The position numbers were made by a program, and so were the translations under genes. A stretch of 25,865 nt of DNA. Source: a virus (lineage: Duplodnaviria; Caudoviricetes). This document shows, one piece after another, positions 1 through 7,235 of this stretch. Under the pieces are notes generated by a model, which worked only from the letters and a program-made list of their open reading frames with translations, did no database searches and was not told the origin of the DNA. Numbering within the stretch: position 1 is the first letter of the stretch; every line of letters starts with the position of its first letter. The stretch covers positions 1 to 25,865 of IMG/VR virus record IMGVR_UViG_3300020044_004791; one strand, given 5' to 3'.

Positions 1-359
1 TCTTCCTGTGCTTTCTCTTTATTCTCCCAAGGAAAGACGATCCATTCATCGCCTTCAATGACTTCAGACGACGCAATGCCTATCGGAGAGCATGTCGCCC
101 TACGAAGAAGCACGATCGAGGGAGTGTTCCCGTATTTGATTTTCCAGTTGAGGATTGTTTTTCCTGAGTCTGCAATATCGTCAACGAACACGCTTTTTCT
201 CGTGGGTCGCTCAACGAGGGGGAGTCCAAACTTATGGGATAACGCCACAGCAAAAACAAGACCACCCCTAGGGATAGGGCAGAAACTATCACAAATTGGC
301 TTTTCGATTCTAGAAAGTGCTTCATCAAATTCCTCCCATGTGTAATGCCTGATCTTCAT
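1..359 (-). CDS. Purine (xanthine-guanine type) phosphoribosyltransferase, 3'-truncated by window edge
   Basis: Not in the ORF track. Manual translation from ATG at 359 (ATGA overlap with the queD stop) gives MKIRHYTWEEFDEAL...PIPRGGLVFAVALSHKFGLP...VFVDDIADSGKT...EWIVFPWENKEK. It has the PRGG loop, the PRPP-binding VDDIADSGKT motif and the XGPRT-like WIVFPWE. No stop before base 1. Confidence 0.88.
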   Translation of the reverse strand, partial: MKIRHYTWEEFDEALSRIEKPICDSFCPIPRGGLVFAVALSHKFGLPLVERPTRKSVFVDDIADSGKTILNWKIKYGNTPSIVLLRRATCSPIGIASSEVIEGDEWIVFPWENKEKAQE

Positions 360-772
360 ATTGAAAAACTCGCCGAACATTTGCGGGTCTCATCGACAAT
401 ACATTCGACAAGAGTGACGCCCGTGTCTTTCAGCAATTCGGGGGCGACGACTTTGACTAGATGAATGGCAATGTTCTCTGCGGTAGGGTTGAACGGGACT
501 TCAACGACCGTTGGATCAATACCTTTGAGAGCCGCCGCCAAGGGGTCAAGGGTATAGACGAGGAAGTGATGATCCCAATTGTCTTCAAGCCACATACACA
601 AAGTAGACTTGATTACTGAGAAGTCAATGACTCGACCAATTTCATCAAGGGAGGGGGCTTCGCAATGGAAGTGAACTCGATAGTTGTGACCATGAAGGTG
701 TTGGCATTTACTCTCATGATTGGTCACTCGATGACCTACTGAGATGTCGTGGTAACGGATTGCTTTGATCAT
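356..772 (-). CDS. queD: 6-carboxy-5,6,7,8-tetrahydropterin synthase (QueD/PTPS family)
   Basis: Motifs CQHLHGHNY, IDFSVIK, DH and NPTAENIA; adjacent to folE and queC. Confidence 0.93.
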   Translation of the reverse strand: MIKAIRYHDISVGHRVTNHESKCQHLHGHNYRVHFHCEAPSLDEIGRVIDFSVIKSTLCMWLEDNWDHHFLVYTLDPLAAALKGIDPTVVEVPFNPTAENIAIHLVKVVAPELLKDTGVTLVECIVDETRKCSASFSI

Positions 773-1431
773 TTAATTAACCTCAAAAATTCGGCTCTCG
801 CCTCGGGTTTATCACGGAACACGCCACGCATCACGCTTGATGTCATTGCAGTATCCGACTCTTTGACACCTCGCCATGTCATGCACTGGTGTTTTGCCTC
901 GATGACGATTGCTAACCCTCTAGGGGCAATCAGTCTCTCGATGATGTCTGCCAATTGGACTGTGGCTTCCTCTTGAATTTGTGGGCGAGCCATAATCCAA
1001 TTAACGAGACGCACAAACTTACTGATCCCAATAACACGATCAGAAGGCAGAATGCCGATCCAAGCACGACCAGTAATAGGTACAAGGTGATGGCTACAAG
1101 CAGATCGAATAGTGATAGGACCGAGAGTATAGATTTCGTCAAATTGTTTGGCATTAGGGAACTCCGTAATTTTCGGTGGCTCAACATAACGGCCTGAGAA
1201 CACCTCTTTGATATACATCTTGGCGACTCTCTTGGCAGTCTCTTGAGTGTTGTGATCATTCTCAATGTCAATGATCAAGGTCTCGAGGACATCTTTGATC
1301 TTTCCCTCGACTTCATTCTGTAATAGTTCTAATTCATTTCCTTGAAAATACTTAGCGATATTGTCATTGGCAAAGAAAGAGCCGCCATCTTGCTTGATGC
1401 GGTTTTTAATTGATTCGGTCAAAATACTCAT
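769..1431 (-). CDS. folE: GTP cyclohydrolase I
   Basis: Motifs TAKRVAKMY, SACSHHLVP, SKFVRLV, RPQIQE and HQCMTWRGV. Confidence 0.96.
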   Translation of the reverse strand: MSILTESIKNRIKQDGGSFFANDNIAKYFQGNELELLQNEVEGKIKDVLETLIIDIENDHNTQETAKRVAKMYIKEVFSGRYVEPPKITEFPNAKQFDEIYTLGPITIRSACSHHLVPITGRAWIGILPSDRVIGISKFVRLVNWIMARPQIQEEATVQLADIIERLIAPRGLAIVIEAKHQCMTWRGVKESDTAMTSSVMRGVFRDKPEARAEFLRLIK

Positions 1432-2174
1432 TTGGTCAAGCCCTCGTAATTAGGTGTGTTTGGCAATTCCATCAAGCCCTCTTGCCATGCTCTCACGATC
1501 AAAGGGTCAGGCGTATGAGCATCGAGGAATCCTTGCGCTCGTAATAGTGTCGCATGATCTTTGCCAATGGGGGGGTATTGCCCATCGTAGGCAGTATGAG
1601 AAAAGGCAAGAGCATCCATGCAACCATCAAGCGTTTTTGCAAGATGAATCGATGCCGCCTTGCTCAACCACATCAATGGGGTGTGAATCTTAAAGTGCTT
1701 GATGCCAAGAGCCTCATTGATCGTTTCTTGTTGAGAGTCAATGAATTGCTGACGGCAATCAGGGTAATTGGCATTGTCTTGCTGACATACGCCCGTAACG
1801 AGATCAAAGCAGTCTAGTTCTAAAGCATAGTTTGCGGCAATCGTCAGGAAAAAAGCATTCCTCATTGGCACGAATGTTAATTCGACTCGATCTCCAATGA
1901 TCTGATCCATCTCGTCAAAATTTTCATATTGCTCAAGAGTCTCATTGGGATTCGTCAGAGGGCTTCGACCTTTGAGGATAGCGGGAACATGAACGAGATG
2001 CCAAGATTCGACTCCCGCCATCTCTGCAATGGTTGCCGCCGCCTCAAGTTCTCGATTGTGCTTTTGTCCATAATCAAATGTGATGGCATGCACCTCATCG
2101 AAATTCTCCTTTGCCCAATAGAGGCAAGTCGTTGAATCTTGACCCCCTGATAAAACAACCATTACTTTTTTCAT
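1428..2174 (-). CDS. queC: 7-cyano-7-deazaguanine (preQ0) synthase
   Basis: PP-loop VLSGGQDSTT, FDYGQKH, FVPMRN, YPDCR and TPLMWLSK. Likely start is MKKVMVV at 2174 (ATGA overlap with the upstream stop); the ORF track starts at 2192. Confidence 0.93.
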   Translation of the reverse strand: MKKVMVVLSGGQDSTTCLYWAKENFDEVHAITFDYGQKHNRELEAAATIAEMAGVESWHLVHVPAILKGRSPLTNPNETLEQYENFDEMDQIIGDRVELTFVPMRNAFFLTIAANYALELDCFDLVTGVCQQDNANYPDCRQQFIDSQQETINEALGIKHFKIHTPLMWLSKAASIHLAKTLDGCMDALAFSHTAYDGQYPPIGKDHATLLRAQGFLDAHTPDPLIVRAWQEGLMELPNTPNYEGLTK

Positions 2175-3019
2175 CTCTGTTTCCTTTCCCAAAATTCATA
2201 CGCCTCAATGGCGAGTTTTGCTTGCCAATCAGAAGCAACCGCCATGAACATCCTTGTTCCAAGATGCTTTGTGATCTCTCTCTGATACTTGACGAACGAT
2301 CTGAATGCCACTTTTTCGGTTGGATAATCGCCCTTGCCTGAGTTTTTCCAATTGCCAGCGATTGCCAGTTCGGCGGGATCGACCTCATATTCTTTGAGGA
2401 TTCGCAAGACATCTGCCGATGGCTTTTTCATGAAGTCTTGCTTCGAGCAAGTTACAAAATTGCCATTGCGATCGTAAAGTTTCATCGAGCCGTAAATTAA
2501 AGCCCCCGCCCAAGATGAGGAGTCGCACATATAGGGCTTGTAATGTTTAAGGTAATCCATCGATGTGAAACCGAGCCAATGCACTTGCCTTTTGCCAACG
2601 TGCTTCATGATCCCATTGATAAAGCCTTTATTTTTAGGAGTGCCGACTAGACCGCCAATGCCGACTACATCAGAGGTCTCAAAATATTTGTCAAGCATTT
2701 TGATGTCTTCGCCTCGGGTAAAAATTGGGACTGGCGTGTAGCCTTTTGAAAGCATCGTTTCATAGTTCCTGATCGTGCCTTCAGGGTCGCCAATTACATC
2801 AAGCGTGAAATAACGCCAAGGTTTGAATGGAAGAGAATCGAGGAATTTGCAATAGTCATCAAGGGCAATTGGTTTTCCTGCCTTCCAAGCCGTGAACGCT
2901 CCTGAATCAAGAACGAATCTGACTTTGTCTTGATTCGCTTGAAGTACCTCAATCAATTGTCGACTCATGTAAGGATAAGCCGCCAAAAGATTCAATCGAG
3001 GAGGCTCACTTAAATTCAT
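2171..3019 (-). CDS. dpdA: DpdA-like DNA 7-deazaguanine transglycosylase (TGT fold)
   Basis: TGT-like motifs LDSGAFTAW, LDVIGD, GIGGLV, VHWLG and DSSSW; directly upstream of queC-folE-queD in a phage. Confidence 0.85.
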   Translation of the reverse strand: MNLSEPPRLNLLAAYPYMSRQLIEVLQANQDKVRFVLDSGAFTAWKAGKPIALDDYCKFLDSLPFKPWRYFTLDVIGDPEGTIRNYETMLSKGYTPVPIFTRGEDIKMLDKYFETSDVVGIGGLVGTPKNKGFINGIMKHVGKRQVHWLGFTSMDYLKHYKPYMCDSSSWAGALIYGSMKLYDRNGNFVTCSKQDFMKKPSADVLRILKEYEVDPAELAIAGNWKNSGKGDYPTEKVAFRSFVKYQREITKHLGTRMFMAVASDWQAKLAIEAYEFWERKQR

Positions 3020-3554
3020 AAGAGATGCCAGCCTGATCTAAGGCGTTGGTAATAGTCTCATGAGCAAAGTCTTTTTCCTCTTGGCTCACTCCGATCTTGA
3101 TTGTTGAAAGAATGCCATCGAGATTGCTTCCATCTTTTTCATGCAGATCAATATTTGATTGCCAACCTTCAAAAAGAACATTCAATTCCTCAGGACTAAA
3201 GCCTGTTGCAATCTGCTCAATGTCAGTCAAACCCTCAAGTTCAAGTTTTAGCAGTTCATCATCCCATCCCGAATTGAGAGCGATCTTGTTGTCGGCAATG
3301 ATGTATGCCTTTCGCTGGCTCTCTGAAAGATGTGTCAATCGAACGCAAGGGATTTTGTTTAGTTCTAATTTAAGAGCCGCCAAGACCCTGCCATGCCCTG
3401 CAATGATGGTCGATTGCTCATCGATCAGGACGGGGTTATTGAACCCAAATTGCCGAATCGAAGCGGCGATTTGTGCCACTTGAGCCTCTGAATGAGTGCG
3501 AGAATTGTTTGCGTAAGGGATAAGTTTGTCTGTCGAGACTTCTTCAATTTTCAT
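3006..3554 (-). CDS. ParB/Srx N-terminal domain protein
   Basis: LIPYANNSRTHS, SIRQFGFNNPVLID, IIAGHGR and AYIIADNK, typical of phage ParB-N domains; short acidic C-terminal tail. Confidence 0.88.
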   Translation of the reverse strand: MKIEEVSTDKLIPYANNSRTHSEAQVAQIAASIRQFGFNNPVLIDEQSTIIAGHGRVLAALKLELNKIPCVRLTHLSESQRKAYIIADNKIALNSGWDDELLKLELEGLTDIEQIATGFSPEELNVLFEGWQSNIDLHEKDGSNLDGILSTIKIGVSQEEKDFAHETITNALDQAGISYEFK

Positions 3555-3810
3555 TTATTGATCCTAAGTAGCGTTTGTCAGAATAGGTGTATTGCCAAAT
3601 TTTCTTTCGCTCTTTCGGGCGAGGATTGTCGACCTGTTCTCGGATCACATACTTCTGTCTCATGAAGTAGCAAAGAGTCATCGAGATTTGCGAGGGCTTG
3701 AGTTCAGGAATAGCCGAACGTATGTCGGTTATCGATAAAGGCTTTGCCGCCTCTCTGAATAGAGTCCTGATCTTGGTGACTGCCTGACTGCCCTGCATTT
3801 GTTCAGACAT
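3544..3810 (-). CDS. Small basic protein, possible winged helix-turn-helix
   Basis: 88 aa; PLSITDIR...LKPSQISMTLCYF...YVIRE...WQY pattern resembles wHTH; overlaps the parB start. Confidence 0.5.
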   Translation of the reverse strand: MSEQMQGSQAVTKIRTLFREAAKPLSITDIRSAIPELKPSQISMTLCYFMRQKYVIREQVDNPRPKERKKIWQYTYSDKRYLGSINEN

Positions 3811-3840
3811 AAAAAAACCCCCATGTATTACGCATGGGGG
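3811..3840 (-). terminator. Intrinsic terminator-like hairpin
   Basis: Minus strand reads CCCCCATG-cgtaata-CATGGGGG followed by T7, just after the DUF932 stop. Confidence 0.75.
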
Positions 3841-3845
3841 TGAGT

Positions 3846-3863
3846 ATTACAGGGGACTATTAC
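3846..3863 (-). promoter_or_regulatory. Putative promoter, GTAATAGTC box plus -10-like TGTAAT
   Basis: Minus strand GTAATAGTC-ccc-TGTAAT; same architecture as 7599-7617 and 7988-8005. Confidence 0.4.
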
Positions 3864-4837
3864 GCTGTCAAGAGATCAAGAGCATTATTTTTCACTCGAT
3901 CGCCTTTTCCGAACCAAGCCGAATCAAGACGGGTGTCATTCGAGCGAGATGGCAAGTGATGATCGTAATACTCGGTGACGGCGTTGAGCATCGCCCATTT
4001 TGTATGCCCTACCATCTCAGCGCCCTTTGCCTCGCCATCAAAGAGGCTCAAAATCTTGGCGTAGGTGCGATTTTTGGTGATGTCTGAGGCTTCCCCCTTG
4101 ACCTGAGAGATTGGAGCGATCAGAGAGGCTAGGAATGCCTCTGCCGCCTTGGCATTCATCTTTTGTGATTGCAGATGCTTTGCCATCTCCATAAATGAAC
4201 CAAAAGATTCGACTGCGCCCATCAATTTGGTTTGCAAAAGGTCAGGGTTGAACTTTGAGAGGTGAGTGAACGAGACTACGCCTTGCGATTGGCTCTTACG
4301 CATTGCCATTTGAAGAGTATTGTTGCACACGACCCGAACAGAAGTAAATCGAGCAGTCGTAGCCAATGAGCGATCGCATGAGGTCGAGAGCAAAAGATAC
4401 CCGCCTACGGTGTCATCCTTGGCAACATCGCCATATCGACCAGTTTCAGCCAATGCCCACAACTTCTTGCCGCCCTGAAGAGTGCCAGCGACTTGAATTT
4501 TGAACCCTGCTACATCAACGAGATTGCGAAAGAACTCGAGGACTTCACGGGGCTGAACCGCATGATAGCGATCTGATACGACAGAGAGGGGGGCTTTGGT
4601 ATCTGAGCGATACAAGACATTTTGACCAGCGAAAGTCTCGATGCCTCCCAAGAATTGATCGTCTGTGCGATAGACCACAGGGGCTTTCTCAACAGTCCAA
4701 TTCATGCCTGCTTGAACCGCCCAAGTATCGATTGATGAATCCTGCTCGATTGCTTGACCTAAGCCGTGCCAAGGGGTCTCGCCAACGAATGCAGTCTCTG
4801 CGAAGCCGTTTTCTCTGATTGTGATTAAGTGTGCCAT
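3860..4837 (-). CDS. DUF932-family phage/plasmid protein
   Basis: ETPWHGLG, VSDRYHAVQPREVLEFF, AGTLQGGKKLWALA, RVVCNNTL and WAMLNAVTEY. Start reassigned to MAHLIT at 4837, which has the RBS CACGAAAAGGA at 4846-4856. Confidence 0.88.
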   Translation of the reverse strand: MAHLITIRENGFAETAFVGETPWHGLGQAIEQDSSIDTWAVQAGMNWTVEKAPVVYRTDDQFLGGIETFAGQNVLYRSDTKAPLSVVSDRYHAVQPREVLEFFRNLVDVAGFKIQVAGTLQGGKKLWALAETGRYGDVAKDDTVGGYLLLSTSCDRSLATTARFTSVRVVCNNTLQMAMRKSQSQGVVSFTHLSKFNPDLLQTKLMGAVESFGSFMEMAKHLQSQKMNAKAAEAFLASLIAPISQVKGEASDITKNRTYAKILSLFDGEAKGAEMVGHTKWAMLNAVTEYYDHHLPSRSNDTRLDSAWFGKGDRVKNNALDLLTA

Positions 4838-4871
4838 TTTGAATTTCCTTTTCGTGAATGAATAATGATGA

Positions 4872-5045
4872 TTACTTTGAGCCGTGGTTGATGATGATGC
4901 ACTCGTTGGCGTGGCTAATGCCTTTCGAGTCAATGTAGTGTTCGCCGCATCCCGCCATCCATTCGATGAACATGACTGCGATGAACCCTGCAAAGAGGGT
5001 TGCCAAGATCGCATGAGCGATCAGTGAGATGATTTTTTTGACCAT
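4872..5045 (-). CDS. Small membrane protein, 57 aa
   Basis: Not in the ORF track. MVKKIISLIAHAILATLFAGFIAVMFIEWMAGCGEHYIDSKGISHANECIIINHGSK; RBS CACGAAAGGA at 5053-5062; one hydrophobic helix and two Cys. Confidence 0.75.
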   Translation of the reverse strand: MVKKIISLIAHAILATLFAGFIAVMFIEWMAGCGEHYIDSKGISHANECIIINHGSK

Positions 5046-5066
5046 GATTGATTCCTTTCGTGATGA

Positions 5067-5297
5067 TTAAAGATGAGCATCTAATTCGGCGCAAGCCTTT
5101 TGCTCTTTGACACCCGCCAAGAATTGAATCCGAGCGGTTTTGGGATTGATCCCCAAACTGGTAGTCGCCTCAAGGAATAATTCCCAAGAGGGGTAAAAAC
5201 AATCAAAGTAAGCCCAACGCAAAGCAGGGCAAAGGCGCTCGCCCATTGCTTGATTCAATTCAATGCGATCTGCTATCTGCTTTGCTGTGAAATTCAT
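5067..5297 (-). CDS. Hypothetical protein
   Basis: 76 aa ORF with strong RBS TAAGGAG; co-oriented with neighbours. Confidence 0.7.
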   Translation of the reverse strand: MNFTAKQIADRIELNQAMGERLCPALRWAYFDCFYPSWELFLEATTSLGINPKTARIQFLAGVKEQKACAELDAHL

Positions 5298-5321
5298 GAC
5301 GACTCCTTATCGATGAGAAGT

Positions 5322-5350
5322 ATTACATCATAGTAATCACGACTAGACAA
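5322..5350 (-). promoter_or_regulatory. Putative sigma70-like promoter
   Basis: TTGTCT-17 nt-TGTAAT upstream of the 5297 ORF; overlaps the inverted repeat ATTAC-N6-GTAAT (5322-5337). Confidence 0.45.
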
Positions 5351-5495
5351 CAACTCTTTGTAATAATGTCCTCCCAAGCAAGTCGGGTAAAGATTGGGAA
5401 TGCTGGCTCAAGATGAGGTTACGCCCCTACCCTTGCCTACCCCTTGCCTAAGGCAAAAAGATCGCAGGATGAGCCGATTTCGGGGGTCTGAGGGC

Positions 5496-5520
5496 AAAAA
5501 AAACCCCTCATTGCGAGGGG
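5496..5520 (-). terminator. Intrinsic terminator of the ssb operon
   Basis: Minus strand CCCCTC-gcaat-GAGGGG followed by T8. Confidence 0.85.
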
Positions 5521-5615
5521 AAAGTCTCAAGGGAGGTGAGACAACTGCAAAGGGTGGGGGGCATGACCACGAAAAGGAGTATGTTTTTTTGGGTGCATCC
5601 ACCCGCCAGCCCCCC
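5496..5615 (-). ncRNA. Candidate structured sRNA / 3'UTR RNA with two anti-Shine-Dalgarno loops
   Basis: Stem GGGGGGC/GCCCCCC (5609-5615/5556-5562) encloses the hairpin GGGUG-GAUG-CACCC and ACUCCUUUUCGUGGU. A second hairpin is GUCUCA-CCUCCCU-UGAGAC (5524-5542), followed by the terminator. Confidence 0.6.
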
Positions 5616-5620
5616 GTAAA

Positions 5621-6022
5621 TCAGAACGGAATGTCGTCATCCATATCATCAAAAGAGGTCGGCTCGGCAGAGGGCTTGGCAGAGGGCTTAGATTCGCCCT
5701 TTGAGCCTAGCATCTGCATTTTCTCGCCAATGACTTTGGTCACATAGCGATCGATCCCGTCTTTCTGATATTTCTCGGTTTTGAGTTTGCCCTCGATGTA
5801 GATCGATTGCCCTTTCTTGAGCCACTCGCCACAGACTTCAGCCAATTTGCCGAAGAATACCACGTTGATCCATTCGGTGACTTCTTTTTGTTCGCCGTTT
5901 TTGTCTTTGTATTTTTCCGAAATGGCGATACTGAAATTGACCACCGCCTTGCCGTCGGGCATGAAGCGCATCTCAGGGTCTTTCCCGAGATTGCCAATGC
6001 CTATGAATTTATTTACTGCCAT
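5621..6022 (-). CDS. ssb: Single-stranded DNA-binding protein
   Basis: [40 protein letters not shown] and C-terminal DDDIPF. Confidence 0.97.
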   Translation of the reverse strand: MAVNKFIGIGNLGKDPEMRFMPDGKAVVNFSIAISEKYKDKNGEQKEVTEWINVVFFGKLAEVCGEWLKKGQSIYIEGKLKTEKYQKDGIDRYVTKVIGEKMQMLGSKGESKPSAKPSAEPTSFDDMDDDIPF

Positions 6023-6024
6023 GA

Positions 6025-6651
6025 TTATTCTCCTAGTTTGATGATTAACGATTCGACTTCATCCAAGAATTTGAGGGTCTCAGATTCCATCTCTTTGATC
6101 AAGTCCTCATCACGGCTAGTGCGAATGATGAGCAATTGATTCCTTAAAGGGAGGCGAGGATCAAAAGAGATGAAGTCACACCACTCTCGCCCCGTCACCC
6201 ACAACTGACATTGAATCTGCTTCATGTATTCAGCAGGAATCTTGCCAGCAAAAATGTAGTCGAGATGGGTCGTCGTATTCGGACACTTCACCTCGACCAA
6301 TCCATTGTCGGCTACCAATCGATCAGGAGATACACCAAGCCACTTGATTTCAGGGTGAAGCCAAAAGCCTGTTCGATCAGTCAAGACATCGGCTTTCGCC
6401 TCATACGCCATCACGGCAAATTGCTCTTGCTCGATTCCCCACTCCATCGCCGAATTGGAATACGACTCAGGCGATGTATTGGTAAGTCTTTCAGCAACGA
6501 TCCGAACTTTGTATTTGTATCGGGTTACGGCTTCCCCTGCTTTGCCCTTTGCCATGACATCAGCCATGTTCGAGGCAGTCACATGACCAAGTCGAGCCGC
6601 TTTCCATTCGTCAGATCCTTGCTCGATGTTTTTAAAGATTTGCTCGATCAT
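6025..6651 (-). CDS. YqaJ/lambda-type recombination exonuclease
   Basis: [33 protein letters not shown] and YMKQIQCQL. Confidence 0.93.
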   Translation of the reverse strand: MIEQIFKNIEQGSDEWKAARLGHVTASNMADVMAKGKAGEAVTRYKYKVRIVAERLTNTSPESYSNSAMEWGIEQEQFAVMAYEAKADVLTDRTGFWLHPEIKWLGVSPDRLVADNGLVEVKCPNTTTHLDYIFAGKIPAEYMKQIQCQLWVTGREWCDFISFDPRLPLRNQLLIIRTSRDEDLIKEMESETLKFLDEVESLIIKLGE

Positions 6652-7214
6652 TGCTGATTCTCCTTCGCTTCATGGGCTTCATTGCTGATCTCGATCTTGC
6701 GGCTATCTTTGGCAGACTCAAGAACCTTTTGAGCCGCTTGATCGTTTTTGCAAGCCTTGATGCCAGCGATATATGCTTTTTTAAGATCATCCATCGTCAC
6801 GGCTTTTTGAATTTCGATGACTAAAGGCTCAAGATCAATAGGATCAGGATCGCCCTCAGAGGGCAGATCATCTCCAGCGTAAATGTATAACCCGATTCCA
6901 AAAGTAGCAATGCACTTAGCAAGGCATCTCATCATTGCGTCGCTAATTTTTCGAGAATCAGGATTCTTGACTGCATTATTTTTGTTGTCCATGACTGGCA
7001 AGTGCATCGTCATAGATTTGCCAAGAGCGGTGACGGTGCAAAAGACCATCATCGTTTCGCCATAACTGACGGGGGCGTGAAAAGTCCATGTTGCCATTGG
7101 ATCCTCACAAAGCAAAGTATCGACTGCCCATGCCCACGAAAGGTAAGAGAGATTCCCTTTTCTTTCAATGTGTTCATTGACATTGATTTTGCGAAGTTCT
7201 GAATATTGTTTCAT
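6648..7214 (-). CDS. Sak3/DUF1071 (Rad52-like) single-strand annealing protein
   Basis: LSYLSWAWA, LPVMDNKN and MRCLAKCIATFGIGLYIYAGDDLP; next to the exonuclease and ssb. Confidence 0.88.
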   Translation of the reverse strand: MKQYSELRKINVNEHIERKGNLSYLSWAWAVDTLLCEDPMATWTFHAPVSYGETMMVFCTVTALGKSMTMHLPVMDNKNNAVKNPDSRKISDAMMRCLAKCIATFGIGLYIYAGDDLPSEGDPDPIDLEPLVIEIQKAVTMDDLKKAYIAGIKACKNDQAAQKVLESAKDSRKIEISNEAHEAKENQQ

Positions 7215-7235
7215 GATGATTTCCTCATTGAATGA

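Noticed and set aside
58-345. ORF-track ORFs 58-345 (+) and 80-328 (-)
   Set aside because: They are shadows of the PRTase frame starting at 359, which has clear family motifs.
2171-3019. Call as tRNA-guanine transglycosylase (tgt)
   Set aside because: It is shorter, lacks the Cys-rich zinc motif of bacterial TGT, and its phage context favours DNA-acting DpdA.
4838-5014. 59-aa N-terminal extension of DUF932
   Set aside because: It overlaps the 57-aa ORF in another frame, and the RBS motif supports the start at 4837.
5568-5620. Plus-strand RBS plus ATG at 5581 as a real gene start
   Set aside because: The SD-ATG spacing is very short, the ORF is tiny and it opposes local transcription. The antisense RNA reading fits better, but this is not formally excluded.
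5394-5747. ORFs 5394-5747 (+) and 5408-5602 (-)
   Set aside because: They lack a good RBS or protein-like composition and run through a terminator and hairpins; the first is also antisense to ssb.
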